Below, in pieces: positions 11,620 to 23,500 of a DNA stretch of 64,000 bases. A model generated the notes under the pieces. It searched no databases and was not told where the DNA came from. It worked only from the letters and a program-made list of their open reading frames with translations. This DNA comes from Dictyostelium discoideum (lineage: Eukaryota): the NCBI GenBank assembly GCA_000004695.1, contig CM000151.3, positions 7,392,001 through 7,456,000 of the forward strand, read 5' to 3'. The first letter of the stretch is position 1; every line of letters starts with the position of its first letter. The translations under genes and the position numbers were made by a program.

Positions 11620-13092
11620 ATGTTAAATTTACTATTTAAACAAACTAATTTTATAAATAAAATATCAAAAAATATTCAAAATAATAATATAAATTTAATA
11701 AAACCATTATCAATAAATTATTTAAATTTATTTTCAAATAACAATAATAATAATAATAATAATAATTTTATAAATGTAAATAATATAAATAATAATAATT
11801 TTAAACAAATATATAGTAATAAATGTTTTTTTTCAAATAAAAAAGAAAAAAAAATTAAAAAAGAAAAACAATCGATTTTAAGAGAAAAAAGTAAAAAAAG
11901 AAAACTTATAATTGAAAATACAGATATAAAATCATTACCAAAATCAGATTTAATTTATGGTCAAACAAATGAAGATTTAAAAAAGTTAAATTATATTATT
12001 GGTGAAAAATCAGCAAAAAGAATAAAAGAATCAACAAGAGCAGATTGGCATGTAAGACAACAACAAAATAAAATATCATCATCATCGACAAATTATTTAT
12101 TATTAAAATCTAAATTATCAAAAGATTTAATTAATGCACCATTATCAGAAACTCTAAAAATTAAAAAACAATTAGAAGAATTAGAAAAGAATGGAAAAAT
12201 ATCAAATATTGATCCAAATTCAAAGAATCAAAAATTTAAAAATCAACAATTTGATCCAAAACAATTGGAAAAACTTAAAGAATTAAAATTGGGTAAATTT
12301 AAACAAAATAAACCAAAAAGGGGTACAACAAAATTGGAAACCATTAAAAAAGAAGTTTCAAAAGGTATTGAAAGATTTTTTGATTCAAAAATGAAATTCA
12401 TTGGTGCTGCAAAGAATATAGATTCATTCCTCCCTGAAACTCTACCAGAGGTCGCATTCATTGGTAGAAGTAATGTTGGTAAATCAAGTTTAATCAATGC
12501 ATTAACTCAACGTGGTTTAGCCAAAACTTCAGATAAACCTGGTCAAACTCAGAGTATAAATTGGTTTGAATTAGGTTCAACACTTTATTTAGTGGATTTA
12601 CCAGGCTACGGTTTTGCATTTGCCAAAGAGACATTGGTTGAACAATGGAGTGATATTACTATTCACTATTTAACCGAACGTAAATGCATTAGTTGTGTTT
12701 TCATATTAATAGATTCACGTCATGGTTTAAAAGATAGTGATCGTAATTTACTATTGGAATTGGATAAAAAGAAAATTAAAACTCATATAATCCTAACAAA
12801 AGCAGATTTAACAAAACCAGAAGATCTTGTAAAAAGAATTTCAATCACAAATCAAGAGATTCAAACCAATTATCGTTATTCAACAACACCAGTACTACCA
12901 ATTAGTTCTAAAAATTTATCTGGTATCTCTGATCTATCAAAATTAATTAAAGTTATGAAATTAAAAGTAAAACCAATTAAAATTAATCCAAATTTACAAT
13001 CAAAACAAATTTTATCACCACAAGATTTTCAATTAAAAAAATTAAAAAATCTGGAAAAGAAAAAAGAAAAATTAAAAAAATTAGTTAAATAA
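11620..13092 (+). CDS. EngB/YihA/YsxC-type ribosome-biogenesis GTP-binding protein with a long Asn/Lys-rich N-terminal extension (probably organellar)
   Basis: The G1 motif is FIGRSNVGKSSLINAL. The G3 motif is LVDLPGYGFA. The G4 motif is TKADL. All sit in EngB order and spacing. Confidence 0.8.
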   Translation: MLNLLFKQTNFINKISKNIQNNNINLIKPLSINYLNLFSNNNNNNNNNNFINVNNINNNNFKQIYSNKCFFSNKKEKKIKKEKQSILREKSKKRKLIIENTDIKSLPKSDLIYGQTNEDLKKLNYIIGEKSAKRIKESTRADWHVRQQQNKISSSSTNYLLLKSKLSKDLINAPLSETLKIKKQLEELEKNGKISNIDPNSKNQKFKNQQFDPKQLEKLKELKLGKFKQNKPKRGTTKLETIKKEVSKGIERFFDSKMKFIGAAKNIDSFLPETLPEVAFIGRSNVGKSSLINALTQRGLAKTSDKPGQTQSINWFELGSTLYLVDLPGYGFAFAKETLVEQWSDITIHYLTERKCISCVFILIDSRHGLKDSDRNLLLELDKKKIKTHIILTKADLTKPEDLVKRISITNQEIQTNYRYSTTPVLPISSKNLSGISDLSKLIKVMKLKVKPIKINPNLQSKQILSPQDFQLKKLKNLEKKKEKLKKLVK

Positions 13093-13267
13093 ATAAATTT
13101 TTTTATTTTTTAGATTTTCAAAAAAATAAAACAAACGTTATTAGTGTTGTTTGTCAAAGTTGTCTTAAATTTTAGTTTTTTTATTCGCACAAGTTTAATT
13201 ATTATTATTTATTATTTATTATATTTAATATTTACTATTATTTATTATTATTAATTATTATTTTAAA

Positions 13268-14350
13268 AAAATTATTAGGTATGTGCATACTATAGCCAAG
13301 CTGCTGGTGGTGATTTTGTTTTTTTGGGACCAAACAATGGTAGCGTACCTCACCACGGCAAAGATGGATTAACATTTACATGCATAACCTCGGAATTGGA
13401 AAATGATTATTTCAATTGCCTAAGATATACCACAAATGTAATGTATAGATACAAATAAATCACTACAGAACCATTCATTAATTTTTATGCCGACAGCAGC
13501 CTCAGGGGCAAATGTATCGTTATCATCACAGTTGAAACACCTGGTATATGTCAAGAAAGTCCAAACTGTTCAAAAATTCATGGAACATCACGTGACAAGT
13601 ATAGTGGTTGGTGTACTTATGATGGTAATACAAAAGGTTTAAATTGTGATCAATTAAATGCAAATATATCATCAGTATTAACACCAACAATCAGTGGTGG
13701 TGATGTTATAATAAATGGTGATTTTTCATCAATTTATAATATTAGTTCAAGTATTACAATTTCAATTGGTACTTCAATTTGTAATAATATTAATTTCTCA
13801 AGTAATAAATCACAAATCATATGTACAATTGGTGAAGGTGAAGGTTATCAACAAATTAAATTATCAGATGGAAATGGTGCAACATTAATATACCATGGAT
13901 TTTATTATGGTAAATGTAATGATCACATCGGTAATTGTAAAACTTTAAATTTACAATTAGATTCAGTAACACCAACATTTGTAACTGGTGGTCAAGTTTA
14001 TTTAAAAGGTAATTTCTCAAATGTTAAAGATCTTAGTCTAACTATTAAAATCGGTGATCTAGAATGTTCAAACGTTAAATTCAACGATACTAATTTCAAA
14101 GTTTTACAATGTTCAATTGAACAAGGTGAAGGTGTCAAAGATATTATAATATCATCTGGTCTATTATCATTTTCAAAAGAAAAAGCATTCGAATATCAAT
14201 ACTAGAAATGTCCACTCGATTGTTCAACACCAAATGGTACTTGTAATGTTAAAACTGGCAATTGTGCATGTAATAATGAACATTTCGGTGATAGTTGTGA
14301 ATTTATTCAATGTCCACTCGATTGTTCATCACCAAATGGTAATTGTGACA
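13268..14350 (+). pseudogene. Gene fragment or pseudogene of an IPT/TIG + tenascin-type EGF repeat cell-surface protein (Tgr/Tiger-like or ComC-like family)
   Basis: A ~240-codon open frame (13480..14203) has no in-frame ATG. It encodes IPT/TIG-like segments such as ...TPTISGGDVIINGDFSS...ICTIGEGEGYQQIKLSDGNGA...TPTFVTGGQVYLKGNFSNVKDLSLTIKIGDLECSNVKFNDTNFKVLQCSIEQGEG. A TAG stop follows. Two EGF-like repeats then read KCPLDCSTPNGTCNVKTGNCACNNEHFGDSCEFIQCPLDCSSPNGNCD. Upstream there is no room for a 5' end before the EngB gene. Confidence 0.5.
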
Positions 14351-14900
14351 GTAATATTGGTATTTATAAATACCTGTTCATTATTTTTTTTTTATTTTTT
14401 ATTTTTATTTAATATTTAAATCAAAAAATATTAAAAAAAAATTAAAAAAAATTTAAAAAAAAAAAAAATTAAAAATTAATTAATCTTTTTATCATTTTAA
14501 TTATAATAAAATGTTGGTCAAAAAATAATTTTACTAATTAACTTTTTTTTTTTTTCATTTCTTCAGTTTTTGTAATTTTCTAGTTTTTGAGAAGTTCCAA
14601 GTTTTTTTTATTTTCTATTTTTTTTTTATTTTTTTTTTTAATCTAAGATCTTAGTATAAAAAAAAAACTATGTTTAAAATTTTAAAAAAAAAAGGACATT
14701 TATTTTAAAAAAATTGGATATTGGAGTGAAAAAGATTAATTTGTTTTTAATATTAAAATCTTTTTTTATTTATTTTTTAATTTTTTTTTTTTAGGCAAAA
14801 ATAATCCAACAAAGATATAAAAAAAAAAAAAAATAATTAAAAAAACTTTAACAAATCAATAAGTTGTTTTTTTTTTTTTTTTTTTTAATAAATATTTGAA

Positions 14901-14941
<41 letters not shown>

Positions 14942-15006
14942 AAAATAAATAAATAAATAAATAAATAAATATAACCCACGTACATATAATAATAATAATA
15001 ATTATA

Positions 15007-15041
<35 letters not shown>

Positions 15042-15170
15042 TATTACAATAATTTATTTATTTTTATTTTATTTTATTTATTTTTGATAAGAATGCGCTA
15101 TAAATATCAAATGTAAAAAAAAAAAAAAAAAAAAAGTTTTATATTCCCTCTTTGAAATTAAAAAATTAAT

Positions 15171-15806
15171 TTATTCTTCTTCTTCTTCAATAACAAAATC
15201 TTCAGGAGAATAAATAACTTTTAATAATAATGAACAACTTGGGCAAATTGCAATTTCTTCACCTTGTAAAATTTCTTCTTCTGTAATTCTAAATCTATCA
15301 CCACTATAATTAATTATAAATAATATTATTAGTTTATTATATTATTAAAAATAAATAAATTTCTAGAGTTTTTATAAATATAAATATATAATATAAATAT
15401 AATAAACATACCATGGACAAGGATAATAAAAAATACGTTCATCTTCATTGAAATCCATATCCTCAATATCAATTTCATCATAAAATGAAGTTGAATCAAG
15501 TTTTGTTGTATATGCTATAATTTTTGGTTTACCATCTGGTGTAACTAAATTATTAATTTTTGCAGCCATTGCAGCACTAAGGTTTGTAAATCCAGATGAC
15601 AATGTTTCTTCTTCATTATTATTATTATTATTATTATTTAAAGGTTTAGGGTTTATTGAATTTGTTTCTTTTTCTGTATCTGTATTATCATTATTATTAT
15701 TATTATCATCTTCTTTGATTTCTATATTTTTTATTTCACTTGTTATTTTTTCAACAATATTTTCATTTTTATTTTCATTATTATTAATATCTTCAGATAC
15801 TGTCAT
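15171..15806 (-). CDS. dph3: Diphthamide biosynthesis protein 3 (DPH3/KTI11, CSL-type zinc finger) with a long Asn-rich N-terminal extension; complement(join(15171..15303,15412..15806))
   Basis: The spliced product ...FYDEIDIEDMDFNEDERIFYYPCP|CGDRFRITEEEILQGEEIAICPSCSLLLKVIYSPEDFV matches the DPH3 consensus (YPCPCGDxFxIT...CPSCSL.I.V.Y). The intron runs from a GTATGT donor to a tatAG acceptor and is 108 nt. Confidence 0.8.
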
Positions 15807-16512
15807 TATGTGTGTATATTATATTATTTATGTATTGGTTTTGTTTTTATTTTATTTTTTATTTTTTATTTTCCTATTAATTTTTAAATCGTTAATTTTT
15901 TTTTTCTAATTTTTTAAAAAAAAGGGATTAAAAATAAAGAAATAAATTATATCGCCAAACGTTTTCTTGAGAAAATAAATATAAAAATAAAAAAAAAAAA
16001 AAAAAACGAACGTTAGGATGAAATTTTTTTTTTTTAATTTTTTTTTTTAATTTTTTTAATTTTTTTTTTTTTTTTTTTTAATTTTGGGTAATTAAAAAAA
16101 TTAATTAATTAAACGGAAGTGAGTGAATTTACAATTGGATTATAATATTGACAATCTGAGCATTCAACATTGTTTAAAATTTTATAAATAGATTTTTAAA
16201 AAAAAAAAAAAAAATTTAGAAAAAGAGAGTTAAAACAAATAAAAAAAAACACAGAACAAATTAACTTTGAAAAAGGGTAGAAATTTCATGAAAAAATGTA
16301 ATGTATGAAAGCAATATTTCTTCGTTACAACAGTATAAAATGTAAATTAAAATATTATTATTATTGTTATTGTATGTTTTATTATGATATTACTCAACAA
16401 TATAATTAAATAAATTATTAAAATTAAATAAATAAATAAATATTAAATTAAATTATAAAAGTTAAATAAAATAAATATGAAATATATAAATATAAATAAA
16501 TAAATAAAAAAA

Positions 16513-16571
<59 letters not shown>

Positions 16572-16794
16572 ATTAAATTAATAAATAAAATATAATTCAA
16601 GTCCTTCTAGAGTATACCACTTTTGTTACAATTGGTGGCAGGGCAAAATTCTGTATTTCATTCAATTTCATCGGTATTCAATTTCATTTCATACATTCAT
16701 TTTAGTATTCGTCAGGGTATTTTTTTTTTCAACGAGTAAATAAATAAATAATAATATATAATAAAATAGAAAAAAAAAAAAAAAAAAAATTAAA

Positions 16795-17329
16795 ATGTCA
16801 AATAAATATTTTACTTTCTCAGGTGAACCAGACACCATAGTATTTTCCCAGTTTTTGGTTGGTTACAAATTATTATATAATGAACATTCAAAAAGCAATT
16901 TTTTCAAACACTTAAGAGGTGATGCAGCATTATTGTTCATTGGGAAGACCACCGATTCAAATTCATTAGATGATATAATCAATGTTCATCGATCTATATA
17001 AACAAGGGAGTGTCACTCCATTAGAGAAATTAATACATTTTCCGAAATCAAGATTCAATAATTTGCAACAATTAATTCACATAGTTAAATCAAATGTTGC
17101 AAACGTTACAGAACCAGAATTAGTTCGTATTTATACTGAATCTCTTCCACCATATTTAGATTCAAAATGGAGAAGCAAAACATCAGATCGATTGTTGATG
17201 CCATTGATTTGTCAAGAAGAATAGAAATTGCATATATCAATAGAGATGGTAGATCATTATTCAATGGTCAAATAGATAATTCAAAATTCACAAATTACAA
17301 TTTAAAATTAAATAATATTAATATTATCA

Positions 17330-17427
<98 letters not shown>

Positions 17428-18531
17428 TTTAATAATAATTATGAATCTTCTTACTCATCTACAAAATTTCAATCAATTCCATCAACAAGATATATAAGTA
17501 ATAATAACAATTCAAACTATAATAATAGAAATAATAAATATAATAAGATCAAATAATAATTTTGATTCAAATAGAAATTATAACTTCAGTTCAAATTATA
17601 GTGATTATAATAACAATAGTTATAACAATTATAGTAATAAAAATAATTATAACAATTATAATAATAATAATTTTAATAATCATAACAATTTTAATAATAA
17701 TTTTTACAATAATCATAAAAATTATTATATTAATAATAATAATAATAAAAATAATTATTATTATTATATCAATAACAATAATAAAAATAGTAATAATATC
17801 AGATTTAATAATAATGGATTAAAATGCCTTAATTGTGGTAGAGTAGGTCACATACCATTAAATTGTTGGATTAGCAAAAATAATAATAACCACAATAATA
17901 AAAATAATTCAATTAGAGATGAGGAGGAAACAATGATGATAATAATGACATCAATGATAATAACAATTATGATAATAATGAAAACAATAGTCCTTATCCT
18001 GTTAGTTCAATTAATGTATTGGGAGGTAGATTATTGGCAACATTAAATATTTTTGGTAAACCAATTAAAGGCTTAGTAGATTCTGGTTCTTTGTTATCAA
18101 TTTTATGGTCAAGTGTTGCAAAGCAATTAAGTTTACAAGTAATTCCAAAGAGAGTAAAGTTTACAACAGCATATGGACAAGAAATTTATTCAACTGGATC
18201 TGCAGAAGCAATTGTTAGTTTGGGTACAGCAATCAATAATTGTGAATTTATCATAGTTCAAGATAAAGTATTAAATGATAGTTGTATCTTTGGGTTGTCA
18301 GTATTGAAGAATGTAGGTATCAATATAGGAATCTGTGAGAATAACATTTACTGTCCTAAAACTGGTGGTAGTCAAGCATTAGAAACCAAATATGGAGGCT
18401 TTGCACAATCAATATGTAGTTTGAAGCAATCTACATCGGAAAATATCGATGATGGTGAAACTAGATTAAATCATGTTGATGCTCTTTCAAGAAATCCAAT
18501 TAACGATATACAAGATTTTAAAATAAAATAA
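16795..18531 (+). mobile_element. Remnant of a Ty3/gypsy-type LTR retrotransposon (Skipper- or DGLT-like): a frameshifted gag with a CCHC zinc knuckle, then an aspartic protease ORF. It is truncated before RT and integrase.
   Basis: Three consecutive + ORFs (16795, 16982, 17167) lie in different frames. A C-X2-C-X4-H-X4-C knuckle, KCLNCGRVGHIPLNC, lies at about 17826-17870. The protease ORF 18019..18531 contains LVDSGS (the D-S/T-G active site). A poly(A) run at 18570-18620 ends the fragment. Confidence 0.55.
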
Positions 18532-18572
18532 AGATTGTATATTATAATTAGACTAGGCCTATAAAATTTATT

Positions 18573-18623
<51 letters not shown>

Positions 18624-19297
18624 AATAAACAAATAAATGATGGATTTTATTTATTTTTTTACAACAAAAATAAACCTTTTTTTTAAACAATTTATTTTTA
18701 TTAAAAAAATACACCTTTAAATATTTAAAACATTGATTGTATTTAAATTAAAAATGATTAAAACACTAATATATTAAAAAAAAAAAAAAAAAAATTCACC
18801 AAATTCTGGTGGATCAACCTCACTTAAGATACATCTTTGCAAGTTGATTGGTTGGTTAATTGTATTTTATCAAATGAAATACCTGTATCTTGACCTATTA
18901 ATGAAATTGAAGAAGCATTATTTTCATCATAAGCGACTATATACTCATCAATAGAATTAATTTGGCTTGGGTGTTTTTTTCTAACAAACTCAAATTTTAT
19001 ATAGAGACCATCATTCAATGTAAATTTAGGTATTTGATAATTTGTAATCCATCTTCCCACCCATTTTCATCGACTTCTCCCTTATTCATAATTCTTCATA
19101 TTAATACATCTTAATTACCCGTAATTGACAAACCAATTGGTTAGTTATTTATTGGATATAGTTATTTACTTCCTCTAGTTCAAATATTTGGTTCTTGATC
19201 CCTTGATAAAAGTAATAATAATAAAAATGGGGGAAATTTTTACCCTTTTTAAATTAAAACCAAGGAAAATAAAAAAAAAAAAAATTTATTATTATTA

Positions 19298-20584
19298 TTA
19301 TAAAAAAGTAACTGAAATTAAATTTGGTAATTTTAATTGTTTTAATTGATATTTAAAATAACTTGGTATTGTTAAATGAGTGATATTAAAAATATCAGTA
19401 ATTGAATGATTGAAATTTAAACCTAATTTTAAGTAACGAATAGAGGAAGGAATATTTTTTGATGAAATTGAATGATTAAAGTATTTTCCTAAATCCAATG
19501 TAACAACAGATGATGGTATTGAATTTTCCAATAAAGGTTGATTATAAAAATCAAATGAAAGATTTATAACAGAGTTTGGAATAACAAAAGGTGAAATTTG
19601 ATAACCATAGAAATCGATATGTAATGTTGTAATTGATGTTGGTATCATACCAATTGGAATTTGCAATGGTAAACTACCTTTTAAAAATAAATCAACAACT
19701 GTTAATGGAATCGAACCAACTTTTATACATTTACTATTTCGTAAATGTATTTTAAGTTTTTTTATACTTGAAGGAATTATAATATCTTTACCAAATACTA
19801 AACTTGAATTTAAATTTCCAGAAAATTCCAATATACTACAATTAATTGGTATTAGATTTTGGTCAGCATCATCACCACCACCACCTACACTACCATCACC
19901 ACCAACACCACCACCACCACAAAGTGATTGATTAAATTCATTTGAAAATATTAAATGATTTAATGATTTTGGTAAAATATTAATATCTAATTTATGATTA
20001 TATAATTTCCCCATATCTAAAAAAGTGATTGAATTTGGTAATGAATTTGGAATTAAAGATTGATTTAATGAACCTAAATTTAAAGATTTTAAATTAAGAG
20101 GTAAATAATTAACTTCAATTTGATGATTATAATAGTTTCCAAGATTTAATTCAATTAATTGAGTTAATTGATTTAAAACATTTGGTGATTGTAATTTTAA
20201 ATTTCCAATACCAATTAGATTTGTTAAAGATTTTGGTAAATCAAAAACTTTTAATATTTGAGAGAATTTAACACCTAAATAAAGAGTTTTGATAGAGTTT
20301 GGTAGTATTCCCTCTTCCAATGGTTTATTAAATTCTTCACCTAAATTTAAATACTCTAATTGAGGTGGAATTGAACCATGAATCAATGCTTTATTAAATA
20401 TACTACCGAGTGAAAGTTTTTTTAAAGTAATTGGTAGATCACCTGGTTTAATCTCTTCATTAAATCTATTATAATGTGTAAAATTCAATTCAGTTAATGA
20501 TAAACAATGACCAAGTTCAATTTTCCTATCATAGCATTGCATTATTGTTAATGATTCTATTGAAGAGATTGAAATGATTGGCAA
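19298..20584 (-). CDS. FNIP-repeat protein (3' portion of an FNIP gene). The first ATG is at 20542; the track's 'M' at 20584 is TTG.
   Basis: The ~22-aa FNIP units (LPxSIxxLxFGxxFNQxI) repeat many times, for example IPNSVINLSFDFYNQPL and IPSSIRYLKLGLNFNHSI. The N-terminal 'SIESLTIMQCYDRK' is encoded by the 46-bp segment duplicated at 25081-25126. Confidence 0.75.
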   Translation of the reverse strand: MPIISISSIESLTIMQCYDRKIELGHCLSLTELNFTHYNRFNEEIKPGDLPITLKKLSLGSIFNKALIHGSIPPQLEYLNLGEEFNKPLEEGILPNSIKTLYLGVKFSQILKVFDLPKSLTNLIGIGNLKLQSPNVLNQLTQLIELNLGNYYNHQIEVNYLPLNLKSLNLGSLNQSLIPNSLPNSITFLDMGKLYNHKLDINILPKSLNHLIFSNEFNQSLCGGGGVGGDGSVGGGGDDADQNLIPINCSILEFSGNLNSSLVFGKDIIIPSSIKKLKIHLRNSKCIKVGSIPLTVVDLFLKGSLPLQIPIGMIPTSITTLHIDFYGYQISPFVIPNSVINLSFDFYNQPLLENSIPSSVVTLDLGKYFNHSISSKNIPSSIRYLKLGLNFNHSITDIFNITHLTIPSYFKYQLKQLKLPNLISVTFL

Positions 20585-23500
20585 AGGTGGTTTTGGAGTT
20601 GTTGTAAAGAGTAGAAATAAATTGGATTGTAGATATTATGCAATAAAGAAAATTAAAACCAAGGGTTATACAGACTCTAATCAAGAACCATTAACAAATA
20701 AACTTTTGAGAGAGGTAACAACTTTATCAAGATTACATCATCAATTTGTTGTTAGATATTATCAAGCTTGGATTGAGAAATCCTGTGATAGCTTTCAATC
20801 GTTGGAAGAAGGTAATGAAGATCTATCTGGTGATTTGGAAACTGATGCTTCAGAAGATTGGTTTATGCAATCAAGTATCAATAGTAGATCAATCATTTCA
20901 AGAGATTCTTATTCTGGTTTAAGTACTTCAAATAGTAATGTAGGTGGTGCCAATAATACAGCTGGTGGTGGTGATAGTGTTAGCAATGCAAATAGTAATA
21001 AAAGTATGATCGTTGGTAATAATAATAAAAAACTAACATTAAGTAGTAGTAATACATCATCATCGTCATCGTTATTATCAAATAATAAAAGTAAAATTTT
21101 AAATACCTCAAAAAGTACAAGTACTAATACCAGTACAAGTACGAGCACAAGTAATACAAATAAAAATAAAAAAATTTCAAAGAAAAAGAAATCAAAATTA
21201 TCACCATTAATGAAACCAAAGAATAAAAAGAATAAAAATAATGGTGAAAGTGAACAAAGTTCAAGTGATAGTGAAAATGGTGAAAATGGAATGAAATCAA
21301 GAATAATTGAGAATGCTTCAGATTCATATAGTGATGATGATAATAATAATAATAATGATAGTAATAATAATTATCATAGTGATAATGAAAGTGATAGTTT
21401 TTCAGGTAGTATTAGTATGAGCGATGGTAATGGCAGTGGTTATGAAGCTACTGATGATGAAGACATTATTAATAATAGTGGTAGTTTTGATGATAATGAA
21501 AATGATGATGATGATGAAGAAGATGACGATGATGAATATGATGAAGAAGATGATGATTATGAAACATTTGATTTTCAAGATAAATCAAGAGTTGTTTCAA
21601 ATAATTCAAAATTATCAACATCATCATCTAGAAAGAAACCACCAAAAGAAACTCATACATTATATATTCAAATGGAGTATTGTTCAAAGAAAACCTTGAA
21701 AACTTTAATTGATAATGTGGGTGGTATAGCAGAGGAAGAGGCATTTAGATTATTACGTCAAATTGTTGAAGGTTTAAATCATATTCATAGTCAACAAATT
21801 ATTCATAGAGATTTAAAACCAGCCAATATTTTCATTGATAATGAGCAAAATGTAAAGATTGGTGATTTTGGTTTAGCAACAAGCGGTGCACCAGTTTCAA
21901 AATCTGACGATTTGAATTCAAGTACTTCAAATGCAGCCAATAATATTAATTTATCATCATCAACCAATTCAACTGCACAGCAAACTCCAATGTGGGATTT
22001 AAATGATGAAAATCTTAGCATGACAGGAGGTGTTGGTACACCATTCTATTGTTGTCCAGAGATTTTAGAAAAGAATACCAAACATTACGGAACCAAAGTT
22101 GATATGTATTCTTTGGGTATTATTTTCTTTGAAATGTGTTTTCAATTTCAAACTCAAATGGAACGTTCAAATATATTAAGAGATCTTAGAGACAATTTAA
22201 AATTTCCACCAGGATTCGAGTCGACTAAACCTGACCAAACTCAAATCATTAGATCCTTGTTATCAAGAGATCCAACTCAAAGACCATCAACTAAACAACT
22301 ATTGGAGAGTGGTTTATTACCATCAAAGATGGAAGATGATATCTTAAAAGAGGCAATTAAAACCATTGCAAATCCAACCATTTCTTTATTCTCTTATTTG
22401 ATGGAGAAATTGTTTTGTTTATCAAATGATGAACATATCATGTCAAGATATCTCTACACATCTAATCCATCATTAACCCCAATGCATTTAATTTGTAGGG
22501 AGAAAACATTTTCAAGATTGGAGAAAATCTTTTTAAATCATGGTTCAATAAGAATTGATACACCAACACTATTTCCAAAGAATCCAACAAATTCAACTCA
22601 TCCTGGTGCAGCCAATGTCGCCAAATTTTTAGATGAAAGTGGTACTGTAGTTTATTTACCATATGATCTAACTATACCATGGGCAAGACATGTAGTTATA
22701 CACAATATTCAACAAGCGAAAAGATATACTTTCTCAAAAGTTTATCGTAGATCTCAACCTGGTTTCTCACCAAAAGAATTATATGAATGCGATTTTGATA
22801 TAATTGGTCCTTCAAAATCTAGACATATAAGTGATGCTGAAACTTTAAGAATCATTATTGAAATTATGGAAGAATTTAAAGATGAATTATTTGGTAATAA
22901 TAGTGGCAGTAATAGTGGTAGTGGTAGTGGTGGTAGTATAAATTATAAGATTAGAATTAATCATTATGGATTGTTAGATAGTATTTTATCAGAATGTGGT
23001 GTTGAAAAAAGATTTTTTACAGTTGTTTATCAAACAGTAGCACAATTACATTGGAGATTAAATTGGGCTCAAGTTGCCCAATCTTTAAAGGAACATGGTT
23101 TATCAGCATCAATAGTTTCAAATATATCAACTTATTTTAGACAAAGGGGTGAATTAGCACAATGTGTCACTCAATTGGAATCATTATTAGCCAATCATAA
23201 AGAAGCAACAACCGGTATATCAGATTTAAAAATTTTGGTTAGAAATTTACAAATGATCAATATAATACCAAGGTTTTTATTGGATTTAAGTTTAATTCAT
23301 AATCATCAATACTATGAAGGTCTTGTTTTTCAAGCATATATTGAACGTCCAACTTTGTCAAATCCATCAAGAACTGAAATCATTATGTCTGGTGGTAGAT
23401 ATGATAAACTGATTAAATCACTTCATCCAAATCCATCATTGTCAAATAATATTGTTAGTGGTGTTGGTGTTACTTTAGCTTGTGAAAAAATTGTAAATTC

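Noticed and set aside
17562-17822. 86-aa Ile-rich ORF (+) and neighbouring Asn-rich ORFs
   Set aside because: These are translations of (ATT/AAT)n simple-sequence DNA within the retroelement remnant. They have no coding periodicity beyond the repeat.
21124-21327. Minus-strand 67-aa and 79-aa ORFs inside the eIF2-alpha kinase gene
   Set aside because: They are antisense to the acidic/Asn-rich kinase insert and have no independent support.
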